Source: Phoronis australis
Taxonomy: Eukaryota > Animalia > Phoronida
DNA length: 64,000 nt
Direction of reading: 5' to 3'
NCBI GenBank assembly: GCA_002633005.1
Contig: NMRA01000345.1
Coordinates: forward strand, 1-64,000
In this document: in pieces, positions 12,201 through 27,200 of the stretch
Numbering within the stretch: position 1 is the first letter of the stretch
Layout of the letters: each line of letters opens with the position of its first letter
Notes under the pieces: model-generated
Told to the model about the DNA's origin: nothing
Database searches by the model: none
What the model saw: only the letters and a program-made list of their open reading frames with translations
Position numbers and translations under genes: made by a program

Positions 12201-15200
12201 ATGGTCACACCTGGGCCGTGGCCGAGGTTCCGACCGCGCCAACCAACTTTTACATCGATCCCAGTGACCTACCGTTGGCACGTCGTGCTGATCCTCCGCA
12301 GGTGGTGACTCAGCACCTGGAACCCATCCGACGATTTGTACTACTCACTGCACAGGGGAGCCACCTGGTGTCCAAGCTTAGACCCGTCGACCAGCTGCGA
12401 CAGTTGTTGCTAGAGAAGCAAGGTCCAGATCAGCCAGAGATTAAGGCCTACTTCACTCAGTTGTCCAGTGATGAACAGGCCTGTGCCACATGTCTCATAT
12501 TGGCTTGCTCCAAACTGGCNTTTTGAACAGGCAAAAGTTTCTGTCTTAAGAATATTTTGAACAGGCAAAAGTTTCTGTCTTAAGAATATTTTGAACAGGC
12601 AAAAGTTTCTGTCTTAAGAATATTTTGAACAGGCAAAAGTTTCTGTCTTAAGAATATTTTGAACAGGCAAAAGTTTCTGTCTTAAGAATATTTTGAACAG
12701 GCAAAAGTTTCTGTCTTGAGAATATTTTGAACAGGCAAAAGTTTCTGTCTTAAGAATATTTTGAACAGGCAAAAACTTCAACAGAAGGATAGTAGATTTT
12801 TTTGTACAGGCAAACGCTGATACCAAAGAATATTGTAGATTTTGTGAACAGGCAAAAGCTCCTTGACTACTAAATCTGGGCAAAGTACTAGCTGTACTTA
12901 CCATGAACTGTACTGTTCAGTTTCAGTTGGTAACTCAATTCTGTGTCCACCGTTTTACACTCTTAACATTTGAATGTAAGGCTCCTTTTAAATGAGGTTA
13001 TCAACCCCGTGGCCAGTTTCTTTGCATTCTTATTTCAGTCGTTTTTCCACAATATGGCCGCTGCATTCAGATTGATTCTCGCCTCTTTAGGACTGTGTCA
13101 CCTGTGTGAGTGTGTTGTTCCTTTTGTTTGTACAGTTTCGCAGCAGAGCTTTACCTCCCCGTCGCACAGTACGTTTAATAACATGTCCGCCATCGGCTCA
13201 CCTGTGCCACAGTTCAACTCAACGGCATTCCCCACACCTGCCCCAGGTAAAGTATCCAGAGAAACCTTGGGATTCCTTACGTGAGGAAATCAAAATTCAC
13301 TAGATGGCACTAGTGGTCGAAGCAATAGTTCTACGTGTAGTAATACACGCATCTAGGCAGTCACATGAGATCTTAATCATGCAAATGACCCTACACTTGT
13401 GAACAGCTTAATTCAGTCTGTTCAGGTGATAAAGGGAGGGGCCTTTCTTCAAACTTTGGAACCACCTTGTGAATGGGAAGTTGTCATCGTGCAGCTTGTT
13501 AAATGTTTCAAATGTTTTAAAAGGTTCTAAAAAATAAATTATGTCCGCTGTGATGTTGAGTTTTGATTGATTTATTTAGCATTGATTGACATGAAAATGC
13601 AAACGACTAAAAAAATAGTGAGACAATACAACACAGCTTAAAACTGAGAGATTTCATGTACTTGATTGAATACGCTGGGTCAACCGGCTGAAACATCTGA
13701 TTGGTTCTCGATGATGACTTTCGGTTTATAGACCAATCAGATGTCTTAGCCAGCGGAACCAGCAACAACAACGGGTGCAGTCGTGGAGACATACAAATCA
13801 GCATGCCAAATGAGACTAAGCAATGTGAACCAAAAAGTGCAATGTACAGATGACAACTGCATTGCCCATCAAGTTTGGACAGTGCTTGTTGGTATGTGTA
13901 ATTTCCTCATATTGGTGGCTTCCTAGGCTTGCGTTGTTTGCCTACATTTCAGCGCCATATTGTCAATGTTTTGATGTATGGTTTTTAGTGCTTTTTTGAT
14001 TTTGGTAGTTATGGCAATTAGACTAGTTTATTTATATGAGCATTGCTGCTCAGAAGTGGAAACTTAAGAGTTCTTGTTTCTCCATTCTGCTTTCTTTTAA
14101 ATGTCAGCTTTGTGTCATTGCAGTTGAATAGACATGTAGGTTTTGCTGTCCCAGGGCGGCTCTGCATGTGCTATGGTGTGACATCAAAACAATTGAAGAG
14201 TGCTGTACAGTGTGCTCTTTTGTATAATATTAATCCAGCATTGGTGATTGTTTACTAGTCGAATGGTGTTGGTGCAGTGTAGTGTGTAGTCCTGTAATGC
14301 TGCAGTGTAGTGTGTAGTGTACAGTTGTGTAATGATGCAGTGTAGTGTGTAGTGTACAGTTGTGTAATGGTGCAGTGTAGTGTGTAGTTGTGTACAGTTG
14401 TGTAATGATGCAGTGTAGTGTGTAGTGTACAGTTCTGTATTGATGCAGTGTAGTGTGTAGTATACAATTCTGTAATGATGCAAATTCTTGCCACGAACAG
14501 GCGCACAACCTCACCAGATGTCAACTCCCTACCCTGGCTATATACCACAGCAGCCTCAGCTACAGCCAGCTACGGCTTTACATCACCAGTCCATGCAGCC
14601 ATCGACTGTGGCCACAGATGTTGTCTACTCAGGCAAACACAATGGTCTTTGCAAGTACATGAGTCGCATTCTTGCGTAAGTGTCAGACTCTCTTTTTTGT
14701 TGTTTGTGTAATTGTCGTATCATTTCTCTTGAATCCAGGGCCTGTGATGTGATCTTTGTACTCGGAATTATTTTTAATTTTTCCTCTCTTATTTTATGTG
14801 ACCTCAAAGTAAGTGCCAATTATTCTGTGCTTGACTATTTGATGGGCTACCGAGATGAGTAACTGGTCCACGTTCGCACTTAATGATCATTAGATTTGAG
14901 CAAAAACTTTGAGATTTCTGGTAGATACTCAAGGTTTCGAGTTCAGACTCGGTCTGATAGCTTTAATGTTGGGGTGACTAAGTGAAAACTGGGATTAGAT
15001 GGTCGCCCATGTAAACCATCATATGCTCAAGTATAGGATAATAGACTCTTCTTCTTTTGAGTTTGCACAAAAAAGCGAAAAATAATAAATTTGAATTTGA
15101 GTACAAAGATTAGGAATCTGGCCCTGAAGTCAATAGTCGGAAATAAGCTTTAAGCAATACAATTTCAGGTTATCAAACTTTTGAAATTTCCTGTGAGGAC

Positions 15201-18200
15201 TTTGGGCGTGGTATTTTCCTAAACAAATTTAAACTTTGCTAGAACTTAATTTTAATTTTCACAATGCTTTTGGAAATTATTTTGTTGTGCAGGCATTTTT
15301 TAGCCATTTAGTTCCATTCAGAAGCAGCTGTGTTTGCCATTGACTTGGGGCTTTTCACAATTGTTTTACACTTGATAGATTTTGTCCATTGTTTTAGACC
15401 ACTCTGGGACTACAAAGTGGCTGTAGATCTGCCTTACACAAACAGCAGAGGTCAGACACAGTTCATCAAGGTACGTACCAACACAGAAAGCAAGACGCTC
15501 AAAAGCAGGAATTTGCAGACAGATAACATGGAGAAACAGATAACTTTTGTCTTAATTCAAAAATCATTCAATAAAATGCACTCTTTTGACAGTTAAGGGG
15601 AGTGTATACACTGGTCATATCACCAGGTTCCTATCGAAAATAAGTATAAAAGGGGTTTTAACTAGTTAGAAATGACTCTAAAAGTGACAGAAACGTACTT
15701 CATTTTGTTTTAAATATCGTATTTTTTGATTTTCAAAAAATCCAATTTTACCTTAAATTTTTTTTCAAAAGGCACAGGGATTATCATCAATTGTTTCCTT
15801 AATATGCAATATTCTACTTAAAATATCTATACCAAATGTATGTACAAAATCATTACGTTCTTGATTTTGTGTTATTTTTTCGTGTGAGTTGTGGCAAGTA
15901 CGCCACTTTCTGTCGTTTGGTCACTTTCTGTCTAATAACTGAAAATCTGGTCCATGTATCAAAAATCCTGGCACGCGATTTTACTTCAGTTCTAGAGGAT
16001 TTCAAATTTGCATATTTCGTCACTACCCCGAAAACACAAGCCGAGAAAACCGACTTTGAAGTTAAGTGGGCATCGATTGCCACTTGAGGTCAAAATTCGT
16101 TCAGAATGCGCGATCATTATGTTCCAATTTTTTGTTGATGTACTAGAAATAAAGCTGATATTTACTTCATGTTTAGAAAATGTGACATACGTGTTTGTTT
16201 ACAGCGTAATTTTAATCATTTTTGCGAACTTGTGAAGCATAACAGATGACCAAAACAAATATGGCTGTCGTGTGGGCGGAGCTTAGCGTTGTTCTATTGT
16301 CTGCTGTTCAAAATGCAATATTATTCAGTAGAACAGAATGTTGTTTGTGAGAAGAGAATGATGGTCAGTGAAGACCCTGAAATTTGCGAGGAAGCAGGAC
16401 TGGCTACCCTGCCTTAAATAAAAGGCTAAAATAAGAAACATAAATTTGTGACAAATGTTTTATTAGAGGAACTTTTTTGTTTAGTGTGGGGTTTATTGAT
16501 TAAAAACAGACCGTTTACCTTTAGTGAACAAATATTTAGTGTTGTTCATTTATTGATCCCAATTCCTCAGTGTTTGAACAAATAGTCAGTGTAGTTGTTC
16601 ATTTGTTGGTCCCAATTCCTCAGTGTTTGAACAAAAAGTCAGTGTTGTTCATTTGTTGGTTCCAATTCCTCAGTGTTGTTCCTCTGTTGGTTCCAGATGA
16701 CAAGCCGACTGACTGGTGATGAGTTGAGTTTGTTCCACGATCAGCTGACCAGCCTTCATGACTGGATGAAGGTCAACTCACAGTTCGCATCACCACTCAT
16801 GACTGCCGGGTAGGTGTACAATAAAATTGTGTTCACATGGTATCTGGACAGACTGCAGATAGGCGGTCTGGTGCACTGTCTAAAGATATTCATAATCGAA
16901 AGCTCGGAAATTGCCTTGTCAGCTGGCTTATGATCTGACCTCAAGCCTGCAAGCAAGTGAAGAGTTTATTCCAATGGACCAGGTGTAATTTGTGGACACA
17001 CATGAGTGCAGGGCTCGATTTGGCAGCCTGCAGCTCGCCAATGCAACGTCAGATTTTGTTTGGCGACTGGGTAAAAGTCCCAAGTTGCCACGAAGTCCCC
17101 GGATCTTTGCGAGTTGCAACCACATCAGGAGAAAGAATTCAATTGTAATTTGCTTCGAAATTTGTGGTGTCTTCCAAAAATTAAAATTTAATTGAAAAAT
17201 TCAAATGCAATACGTTTGGTTTTTAATAACTATTGTTCTATTTGTTTCGTTAAATCAATACTTCTGCCACCCTCAGCACATATCCAAGTGCACATGCTCA
17301 AACAACAGCATGAATTTAACAGGCAGGAGTCAGAGTCAGATCTGGTCAACAAAACTGGCGGGGTCCAACATAATCTTAACGCCCACCCAAGCAACGCAAA
17401 TGCATGCGTCCACACAGTTTGAACTGTTGTTTCTCTGGTGCCAGTTTTGGGCTTCTGGTTGCCGATACTTAAAAACAAGATCTCAAAGTCTGTAGGATAT
17501 CCATATTCAATGCCCGTGTTTGTCTGTGTGTAGATTTGGGCAGAGAACGGTATCACGACACGATCCTGGTGGTCAAGTGGACGAGCACACTCGGCGAAGA
17601 CAGGAAGTGGAGGCACAAGCTTTGGAGAAAGCATCGCTACAGAACTTAGAACTATTTCTTGGCATAGTGATTGAAACTATAGGACTGTGGAAAGTGTTGA
17701 GTGATCACCAGTTCCATGTCATTGCCTGGGGCTTGCCTGTGGTGAGTAGTGAATGGTGGTGGAGAGTGTAGGACTGTTGAAGGTCAGCAATTGACCTATC
17801 GCTAGGATTTTGAGTGACGGCTTACGTGACCATTTAAAACGCAGCATTATTGACACACCTTCGTTTCCAAGCTGCCATTTTACCCGATAAACAACACATT
17901 GCCAGGTAAAACTTATTGTTTGTTATTCGACATTACGCAAGGGGGCGGAGCTTGCGATACGTCAATTCTGCCTAAGGTCAGCCTTCTCAGGCATTAGGTG
18001 ACACCAGATGGATCCAACGCCTTAAGCACCCCCTGTTTGGGATATGATTAAAACTTTTGACATGGTATCCCTTGTCCATCCACATTATCAAAATATCTTG
18101 ATGGACTTTGGTGAAATTTGATACAGAGGTATATTGTGGAAGTGAGCGGATACCAGTTGAGTGTTGGATTAGGGTAGCCTTCTTGGCATACTTTGTTGTT

Positions 18201-21200
18201 CATTTCAGTGTTCAACTGGACGGTTTGTAGCCTTCAGTTAATTTCAAAATAGTTGTTCACTTACTGCTCACTTGTAAAAGTGACCAAAAACTAGAAGTTT
18301 TCGCGATACATCAATAAGTTTGGTTTCCTTTCAGTGCTTTGCATTTTTTTTTTCTGAGAGGGACTCTTACGAAGGTGAATTTAGTTGGGGAAATGCAGAG
18401 GTATATTAAAAACACAGATGAAGTAATGATTGTTATTTTCAGGAACACCAAAATCAGCTGCGGTCGATGACATTTAGACAACTTGTGGCCTGTGGTAGAG
18501 ATGTGAGTATATACTGTGTGTACTGATTTACGTATTGATTTAACCAGGGTCAGGGGTCTACTCGAAATCAAACTCAAAATTATTTTGGACATTTATGTCC
18601 TGCTTTTATATGAGCTCAAGGTACATGTAACTGTCTATTGTTCTATGTTCGAGTTCATTATGGTTTACACAGTCGGATGAATTTCTAGTCCAAGTTTGCA
18701 CTTGGTGACCTCTAAATTTAAGCTTTAAACTCGAGTAACTGCTTGAGATTTCGAGTAAAAGCTTAAATTTTTTAATGTGGACTCAGAACTTGTATCTGTA
18801 ATGCTAGGGTCATTAAGTGCAAAATAAGATTATGCAACCATCCATGAAATCATAAGGAACACAGAAACAGTACTGTAGGCATCTTGTCTTGAGTTTGTGT
18901 TGAAGTGGAAATTAAGGAAGTTGTAAATTTTTGTTTTCAAGTACAAAAATCAGACCCTGGACATTTGGTGATACAAAGTCAACTGTTGTCTGTTAGTAAA
19001 TGAAACACTTATTATAATTCTGTATGGTTGTAATAATAATAATTAAAGGTGGCTTGAGGCCAGCACTAGACGTGGCACAACCAGGTTAGCTCTGATTTTT
19101 TTAATTTTTGATTTACCTCGTACCACCTTCAATTTTACATGACTGCCGAGTAAGGACACCTGGATTGACCATGTGATTACATGTCGAGGAGTTTTGTAAA
19201 TGTTCTTTTGTGTGTATTAATCTGCGTGTCTGCAAGCAAGTTGGAACTTGGATATGTTACAAAGTTTTTGAATATTGACTATCTTGTTGAACTGGTCAAA
19301 CAACCAAAGTTACAATTATAGTTCCCCCCTGTAAATATCACATTGTAAGTGATCTGTCAATTTTTGCATGCGTGATGAACATGTATCTTCAACTAGGTTT
19401 ATTTAGTGAATCTACACCTTTTACAAAGCTCACGGATTTAGAAAGTTTCAGGAGGCACCATGTGTGGTCGATACCACCAAACTTTGTTCAAGACTAAACT
19501 GTCTTATATTTGGAAGAGTGTCAAAAGTATCCTATTGGTCAGTTACAGAGTTTGGTCTCTGGTAACATTATGTTCTAGTCCCAGCTATCATGTCATTCAG
19601 ATAGTAACGTCAGTCACAATTTTCTGCTGTGCTCTCACTCAGATGTGCAAGGCTCTAATCGACTGCCTCATCAACCGTTATCTTGGCGACAATGCCACCA
19701 CGGACGCCATCAGTGGCCGTCTAAGAGAAGTGTGCCCGTCACTATACAGTGAAGAGGATGTGCTGTGCTCCAAGGCCAATGAGATGCTACAGTCAACCAA
19801 GAGTATACTTAATGCTGTGGAGAAAGAAAAGACTTTGAAGGAAACATTAACAGTATGTGTTAGTCCATGAGTTTCAAAGAGTCGTGCCAAGAATAAACTC
19901 TTCTCTAGAGACCCTGTTTTTTTGTTCTCAAAAGCAGGGAAATTTGTTTTTTTCCATTTTGTATATTATGAGGAGATTACTATTTCAGGGTGATAAATAA
20001 CATTCTAAGATAAGAATGCTCTGGGAATTACCTTGCATTTCCACCACTTATTTATGCCGCAGTTCTTTAGTGATACCTTGCCGCATGCCATTTTATTTTT
20101 TTTCGAAACAAAAGGAACAGCACCGCCTTCAGAGAGAATGAACAACTACTTGAACATGTCTGCCACAAAACTATCATCGATTGATGTGTGGCCAGAATCA
20201 TTTAATTTTGATATTCTTTGGTACTTAAAAACCAACAACATAGAATCTACTGTTGAAATACATAAATTCCATTCAAATTCTCTAGTTCTGTGAAAGAAGT
20301 CAGATTCCTTTAATTCCGTTTGTCATATCATGGTGTCTTCATTTAATTTATTACTTAATATTGTTAAACATCATTACTGGGATTAGAAAAATTTTTGGTA
20401 TCAAAATTTTTAACAAGAGTAAATAAGAAGACAATTTTACTTGGTAAGTAAATAAGAAGACAATTTTACTTGATCAGTAAATAAGAAGACAATTTTACTT
20501 GGTTATTTGAAAACTGTGTATATCACTGTCAACAAACACGTAATCACAATTTTTTGCAGTTACAATGAGTATTTGAAAAGATGAAAAAAATCACCATTTT
20601 GGCTTTAATATTTGTTCAAATTTGAGGAAAGCTTAGCGTAGTTCAGTACAATTGATCCCTAATCTCACATGTTTGTTGCAGCTTTACAAACAGATCACAC
20701 TCAACCTTGACCTTGCCAACATCTGTGCCCAATTTTCGGCTGTCCGGTACTACGAGGGCGTGGTTGACCTGTGTCTCGTGGCGGCCACAAAGTGCGACCC
20801 CCAGAACCTGGCTCTGCACTACTACAGGAGCGGTGAACCCCCGGAGGATGTGCAGGGGGCACATATGTTTGCCCTGAGGTAGGTATCACCCCCCAGGTCA
20901 TGACTACATTACTGTTGCAGTAACTGCCTAGAAGACGTATACAGGGCTTGGAATTTTCCGCAGAAACGCGCATTTCCGCTTTTTCAAATGTTCTGTCCGC
21001 GTATTTTATTATATTTCCGCGTAAAAAAATCGGATTTGATATAAAATTTCCGTGGCAAATTTCTTTCTTACCGCCGCGTTGCCGACGACTTTCATCTCGA
21101 AAAGCGGAAGTTGATCTTTATGTTTCGGAGGAACGTAAATTGTCAACATTGCCAGGGCATCTGGGATAGCGTGGTGGATTTCCTCAATGGCGGCTCGTGT

Positions 21201-24200
21201 GATTGTAAACTGCGGTGACAAATACTACGACTCTGCAGCCAAAAATGTTTGGAGGTGGGAGTGGCGGACGAGCTAAGACAGACGCAGACGCNNNNNNNNN
21301 NNNNNNNNNNNNNNNNNNNNNNNNNNNNNNNNNNNNNNNNNNNNNNNNNNNNNNNNNNNNNNNNNNNNNNNNNNNNNNNNNNNNNNNNNNNNNNNNNNNN
21401 NNNNNNNNNNNNNNNNNNNNNNNNNNNNNNNNNNNNNNNNNNNNNNNNNNNNNNNNNNNNNNNNNNNNNNNNNNNNNNNNNNNNNNNNNNNNNNNNNNNN
21501 NNNNNNNNNNNNNNNNNNNNNNNNNNNNNNNNNNNNNNNNNNNNNNNNNNNNNNNNNNNNNNNNNNNNNNNNNNNNNNNNNNNNNNNNNNNNNNNNNNNN
21601 NNNNNNNNNNNNNNNNNNNNNNNNNNNNNNNNNNNNNNNNNNNNNNNNNNNNNNNNNNNNNNNNNNNNNNNNNNNNNNNNNNNNNNNNNNNNNNNNNNNN
21701 NNNNNNNNNNNNNNNNNNNNNNNNNNNNNNNNNNNNNNNNNNNNNNNNNNNNNNNNNNNNNNNNNNNNNNNNNNNNNNNNNNNNNNNNNNNNNNNNNNNN
21801 NNNNNNNNNNNNNNNNNNNNNNNNNNNNNNNNNNNNNNNNNNNNNNNNNNNNNNNNNNNNNNNNNNNNNNNNNNNNNNNNNNNNNNNNNNNNNNNNNNNN
21901 NNNNNNNNNNNNNNNNNNNNNNNNNNNNNNNNNNNNNNNNNNNNNNNNNNNNNNNNNNNNNNNNNNNNNNNNNNNNNNNNNNNTAAGGTCGCACACTGCG
22001 TACACCAGCGCCTCTATAAGGTCGCACACTGCGTACACCAGCGCCTCTTTAAGGTCGCACACTGCGTACACAAGCGCCTCTATAAGGTCGCACATTGCCT
22101 ACACCAGCGCCTCTATAAGGTCGCACATTGCCTACACCAGCGCCTCTATAAGGTCGCACATTGCGTACACCACACTGGTGGTAGTTTTTAACAAAGGCGT
22201 TGCACTGACACAAACCTACAGACTGTATAATTTGTATTGTGCACACTGCTAGTACGACAATTGAAGCCATTGAGAAGTTGTGAGACCCCAGTTAAGTGAT
22301 TAAGTAGAGAAAATTCACAAATTAACAAGCAAACTGTGTAGTATTGTGTATAACAACCTTTTTTAAATGTGAAACTTGATCAACTCTGTAAGTAATAATC
22401 AGAAAGCTGACGAATTGGGTGACATGAAGCAGCCTGCATTCTCCTGTTGACAAGAAAGTGGCAATTAAGTGAAAATTTATTTTAAAAATTGTGGTGATGA
22501 TAGACTTTCATGTATGTCATTTAAAGCAAACATCCTGTCTCAAGCCCACTCCAACTAAATTTTGGTTTTAGTCAAGATTAATTTGGAACTTGAATATTGT
22601 CACCAGTGGAATATTTTTGCAAAATAATGTACTTTTCTGCACTACATGTTTTTCATTTCTGCTTCAGGATGGGTTGCTATAGGAACATCACAGACATCCT
22701 GCGACAGTTGATGGACATCAGCGCGTCCCACCCCCAGGCGCCCAACGTGCCCAAGACCCCTGGACCTCCTCCTCCTCCAGACCCGGACAGACTGACCAAC
22801 TTGGAAGCCGAGCAATACGTAAGTCAATCATCTAGATTGATTGGTTTTAAAGTACGCTGGAGTGGTGCACATTAGATTACTCGAAAGATTTTGACTACTG
22901 CGGTACCCCTGAATTCTAGTTGCATGACTTCCACTTTCCATGCACGAATATCCGTCGAAAGGGAAAAAATGTTAAGTCAATCAAGAAATGTTACAAGATA
23001 AATACAAAGAGCATCATTTTGCTTGTCATATCACGATTCGATTGTGCTTGGCAGCAATGAGTAGTTGTCCGCAGACAAACCGGGGGATACATTCGTAAAA
23101 CATTCAAGACCAAAAGTTACATCTAAATATACACCCGGGCTTATATGCTTGTAAGTGACGAATATATGTTAGGGTGTGTCAATACAGTAACTGGTGCGCT
23201 AATTGAAACCCAGAGTCAAATCACAACATTGTCTGTGCATGATTGTCCCCACACATAAGAGTTTGTTGTTGAAAATTAACTTCTGGTTACATTTTTGGTA
23301 TCCATTTGCCGTGAAACTGGTGAAAATTTTTCAATTCAGTCATCCTTGTTTATGCATGCACAGGGCATAGCTGTGGAGAATTTTTCATACATACGCTCAC
23401 TGGTGTGCATATCTGCAGAAAACTATGTGTACTTTTTGTGGGGCAAAACATTAACGGCCAAAATACAGTAGATTTTAAAAAAAATATGTACAAAACTTTT
23501 CTCATTGAAAATCAGCAAAATTTTGAAGCAAAATGTTTTTGGCTAGTTTTTAATGATTTGGTGTTATTTTTTGTCCGATTTCCTTGGGAGGTTTCTCTGT
23601 AACTACGTAGTCGTGGAGAACACGTGGAAAAAGGAAATACAATAGTGGGAACCATGATTCAAGAAGATTAGGATTAAATTTTTGAACGAAATCTATCTAC
23701 AAAATTCAGGCAGATAATAAAGACAAATAGGGTTAAACCATTCATGCATGCTTACACACATTCAAGCTCACAAACCTTGTCGCTAAATATCATGATTTGG
23801 TAAATTTACTGTATGTACTTGGTATTGAATGTTGTTTGTGTTTACTCTTTTCAGGTGGAACAGATCATACAGCTGTGTCTCAAGACAGATGATGAAATGT
23901 TTCACATAGCCTTCTATGATTGGCTTATTCTTTGCGGGCTCATAGATCAATTACTTCAGGTAATTAGTCGATGTAATTAGTTGCGATGTAACCATAGTGG
24001 AGCTCTGTTAAATTCTGTGATTGATCACATGAAAGAGAAGAATATATATTCTTTAAAGTCTAGGCTGTTTTATATAGTGAAATGTACATTGGATATGATT
24101 ATGTGTGAAATTCATTAATAAACTACGTATTCAAGATTATCACAGCAACAATACAGTAAAATCTCACTAATTTCGGACAAAAAATCATTGCCAAAACTGC

Positions 24201-27200
24201 ACTTTCTCATTTTTCAATGTCTTTTAACATTGCAGAGAAGGGGCGCAATTTTATCAAAATATTGTCTGTTGTGTGGACATGGTACAGAACATTGAATATG
24301 ATGCATTATTTTGATGCAACCTAACTTACGGAAGAAATGAGAAAATAAAATTTCACCCGTCTTACGTCGTACGTCCTAAATTGGTGAGATTTCATCATAA
24401 TCAGATGGAAGTGACGTCACCTGACTGATGTCTAATCCTAACCCTCACGATAGCCCTAACTCTAACACTAAACACTCCGGGGTGATGTCATTCTGTCTGT
24501 TTGTCCGATTTTGTTCTTTGTGATAATGCCAAACTCATACATTAGTGTCTCAGCTCATTTTTGTTAGATTTAAATGATAATGTTGAAATTTAAAGAAGTA
24601 ATATATTGATTACATGTTTTCCTCTGCGGTTGGACTCGAAATGCTGCTTTAGGGCTGCAATCTATTTGTGCCAACTCAAGTCTAGAGCGATGTAGTTGTA
24701 ACAAACGATGAATACATGCATTTCAGACTCTTATAGGGCTCTGACATACCAAACTCGTTTTTTGGAATGGCTGTGTCCTTCATGTTGAAACGAGTTGGCA
24801 ACGGGCAGATATGGGTAACGTTGGCCAAAACCACGTCTCAAATGTGACGTATTTCACGAGGTTCTTGCTCAGATTTCACCACGCTTAGTTGGGTGCCACT
24901 GAATGTTTTCCTGATTTCAAGTTCTTACTGAGAACTAAATTGGTGTTTGACAGAGCCCATGTTGATCATCAGTGTCAAGATTCCAAGTTGTTCTATGTTC
25001 AGATTTGTATAAAACAGACGTTCACCAGTTCTCGGGCGCGATTGGGTCAAATTTGACCAAAAATATGATTCAAAACTTTGCTGTGATGGATGCATGACAG
25101 ACAGCTCTCAACATTTTAACTCTCTTGCCTTGAACTTTGACCTTTTCTTGCTATTTAAGGTTCAGTCACCGTACCTGGAGAGCTACTTGAAAAAAGCGTC
25201 CAGCACTCAGCCAGACAACTGCGCCATCTGGGATCTACTGTGGAAGTACTACGAAAAATCGGGCAACTACTCGGCTGCTGCCAGGATACTCTCCAAACTT
25301 GCTGACCGTCACAGGTAAATTGTTGGCTGACGCGCAGGTATCCATATTCAGTTATGGTAATTCTTCACTTATTTCACGTCTAAATAATTTCAAAATTGTC
25401 ATTTTTCTGTTTTTCAGAAGCTAATTACCGTGTAAATAACAAATGTCATATAACATCTGCGAGGAGCAAACCAAGTTAACATAAATTTTCTTATTCTTTC
25501 TTTGCTGAGAATTATGACAACATATACATTTAATAGATTTCCAATTGTGTGCTATATAGGTGAAGTATTTTTACCATTATGCGGTGTAATATAACAGTAT
25601 CCATGGTGTCAGTTTGTTATTGAATTTGATGGAGTTACGTTTACATTTGATACTGAACAGTGTGCATTAAACCAAACTATCCGCCTTCCGATACGAAAAC
25701 ATGTTCTTGACCATTTATTGTTCTGAAATTGGTCTCAAACTCTTCTTAATTTGTGAAATTAGAGCTGATCTTTGGGCTTGGAACAAACTGTTTATTATCA
25801 CTCAATACTAGGCTCTGCAAGTTGGCTTGTCATGACGGCTCACTTTATGTGACGAGCATGGTCTCAACAATGAATCAACTGTCCTTTTTTCCAAGCCCAT
25901 AAACCTCTTCTCGTCTAAGTTAGGATCAAGTTGATGTCAGTTTAATATCCTTAAACGGGGTAAATCAAAAGTTAATTTCCTTTCATAGAACGAGGTTTAT
26001 AGCCGTTTTAAGCGGTAGCCACATTCTTTTCTTATTTAAAATTTGGAATTATAACTTTTTTGTGTTGGCTGACTGCTGGCCTAAAGTTTTGTAATACAAT
26101 TTCTTTTGGGATTCACGTCAATGTAGAGTGCACAACAAAAGTATTGAGACAAAGTGACCACAGGCTGGAATTCCTGTAATGATGGCTAGGTGGAAGCTGA
26201 ACTCATCATAAGTGTAGCCTTGAAACATGACCAAGAACGAAGGGGAATTTAAGTTATTAAGGCAGCCAAGCCTTTGTCGTTAATAGTCATTAACAGTCAG
26301 TGTGGCTGTTTACAGTGAATTAGGTTTGCTATCAAGAAAATCATATTTTGTCTGATTGTTTTTGTCTTGCATTGTACATGAGGTGCTCTCTAAAACTTGG
26401 AGGTCATTTGTCAACACGTTTCAACCCTGCTGTTTTAGACTCAAGTTAATCGCAAATATCTCGCTGTTTTTTCCAGCACGGACATGAGTCTCAAGCAGAG
26501 ACTGGAGTACTTGTCTCGGGCCATCATAAGCGCTAAGAGTTCGTCCGCGCGCACGAGTTCAGCGAGCGAGGGCGAGTTCCTTCACGAACTGGAGGAAAAG
26601 ATGGAGGTGAGCACTGCACGCCACACAGGTCAGGCCAGAAGTGTTTTGAACTTGGCAAATTATGGAGCAAAAATCTTGAGCTATGACAGATTGTTGCTGC
26701 TCATTATAATTTATTTTCTCGTTAATATTATGTTTTCTAGCACTTTCTGGGCTTAACTCCAATTATTGTTCAGTATATTTTTATAATAAACATTTCAGAA
26801 AACAATCTGAGTACAAACAATTAAGTCAAATTGGAAATAGCTTCGCCAACTTTTCTTTTAGCAAGATTGTCAAATAAAATATTTTCCTCATGATTTCTTC
26901 CTTTAACTACTGAAGCTAGGTTACTACATGACGTTTTTCAGCTTTATTCATTGTTACCTTTGTTTGAAAACATGGTGAATGAGTAGGCACAAGGTTTATT
27001 GTTTTCCATTTTCTCGCATAATCAAGAGGCTCGCAAAAAGTTAAATGAGCTAAATGTAACAGGACCTCAACATAGAATTATGTAACTTGATAAGCTTTTA
27101 ATTCTTTAACTTTTCCACTTTTAACACGATTCCCTTTCTGCCTCAGGTGGCCAGACTTCAGCTGCAGATATACGAAAGTCTACAGAATATTGCATCAGCG

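Noticed and set aside
12521-12775. Regular 34-bp repeats resembling a CRISPR array
   Set aside because: The units are contiguous with no unique spacers, there are no cas genes, and the context is a eukaryotic intron.
14184-14548. His/Thr/Tyr-rich ORFs on the minus strand
   Set aside because: They are translations of a GT-rich minisatellite, open in all frames.
15593-16417. Possible third TTAA-flanked Kolobok MITE
   Set aside because: The putative ends (ggggagtgta / taccctgcc) match too poorly to call TIRs.
21143-22270. Long ORFs of 245-345 aa in the ORF track
   Set aside because: They consist of N-gap X residues plus translation of a 33-bp minisatellite.
24430-24475. Telomere-like cctaac repeats
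   Set aside because: Short and degenerate inside a small IR-bounded repeat; not an interstitial telomere array.
27095-27146. U12-like branch sequence (ttctttaac) before an acceptor
   Set aside because: The matching donor is gtgagc, not the U12 GTATCCTT consensus; no U12 donor was found at any called exon.
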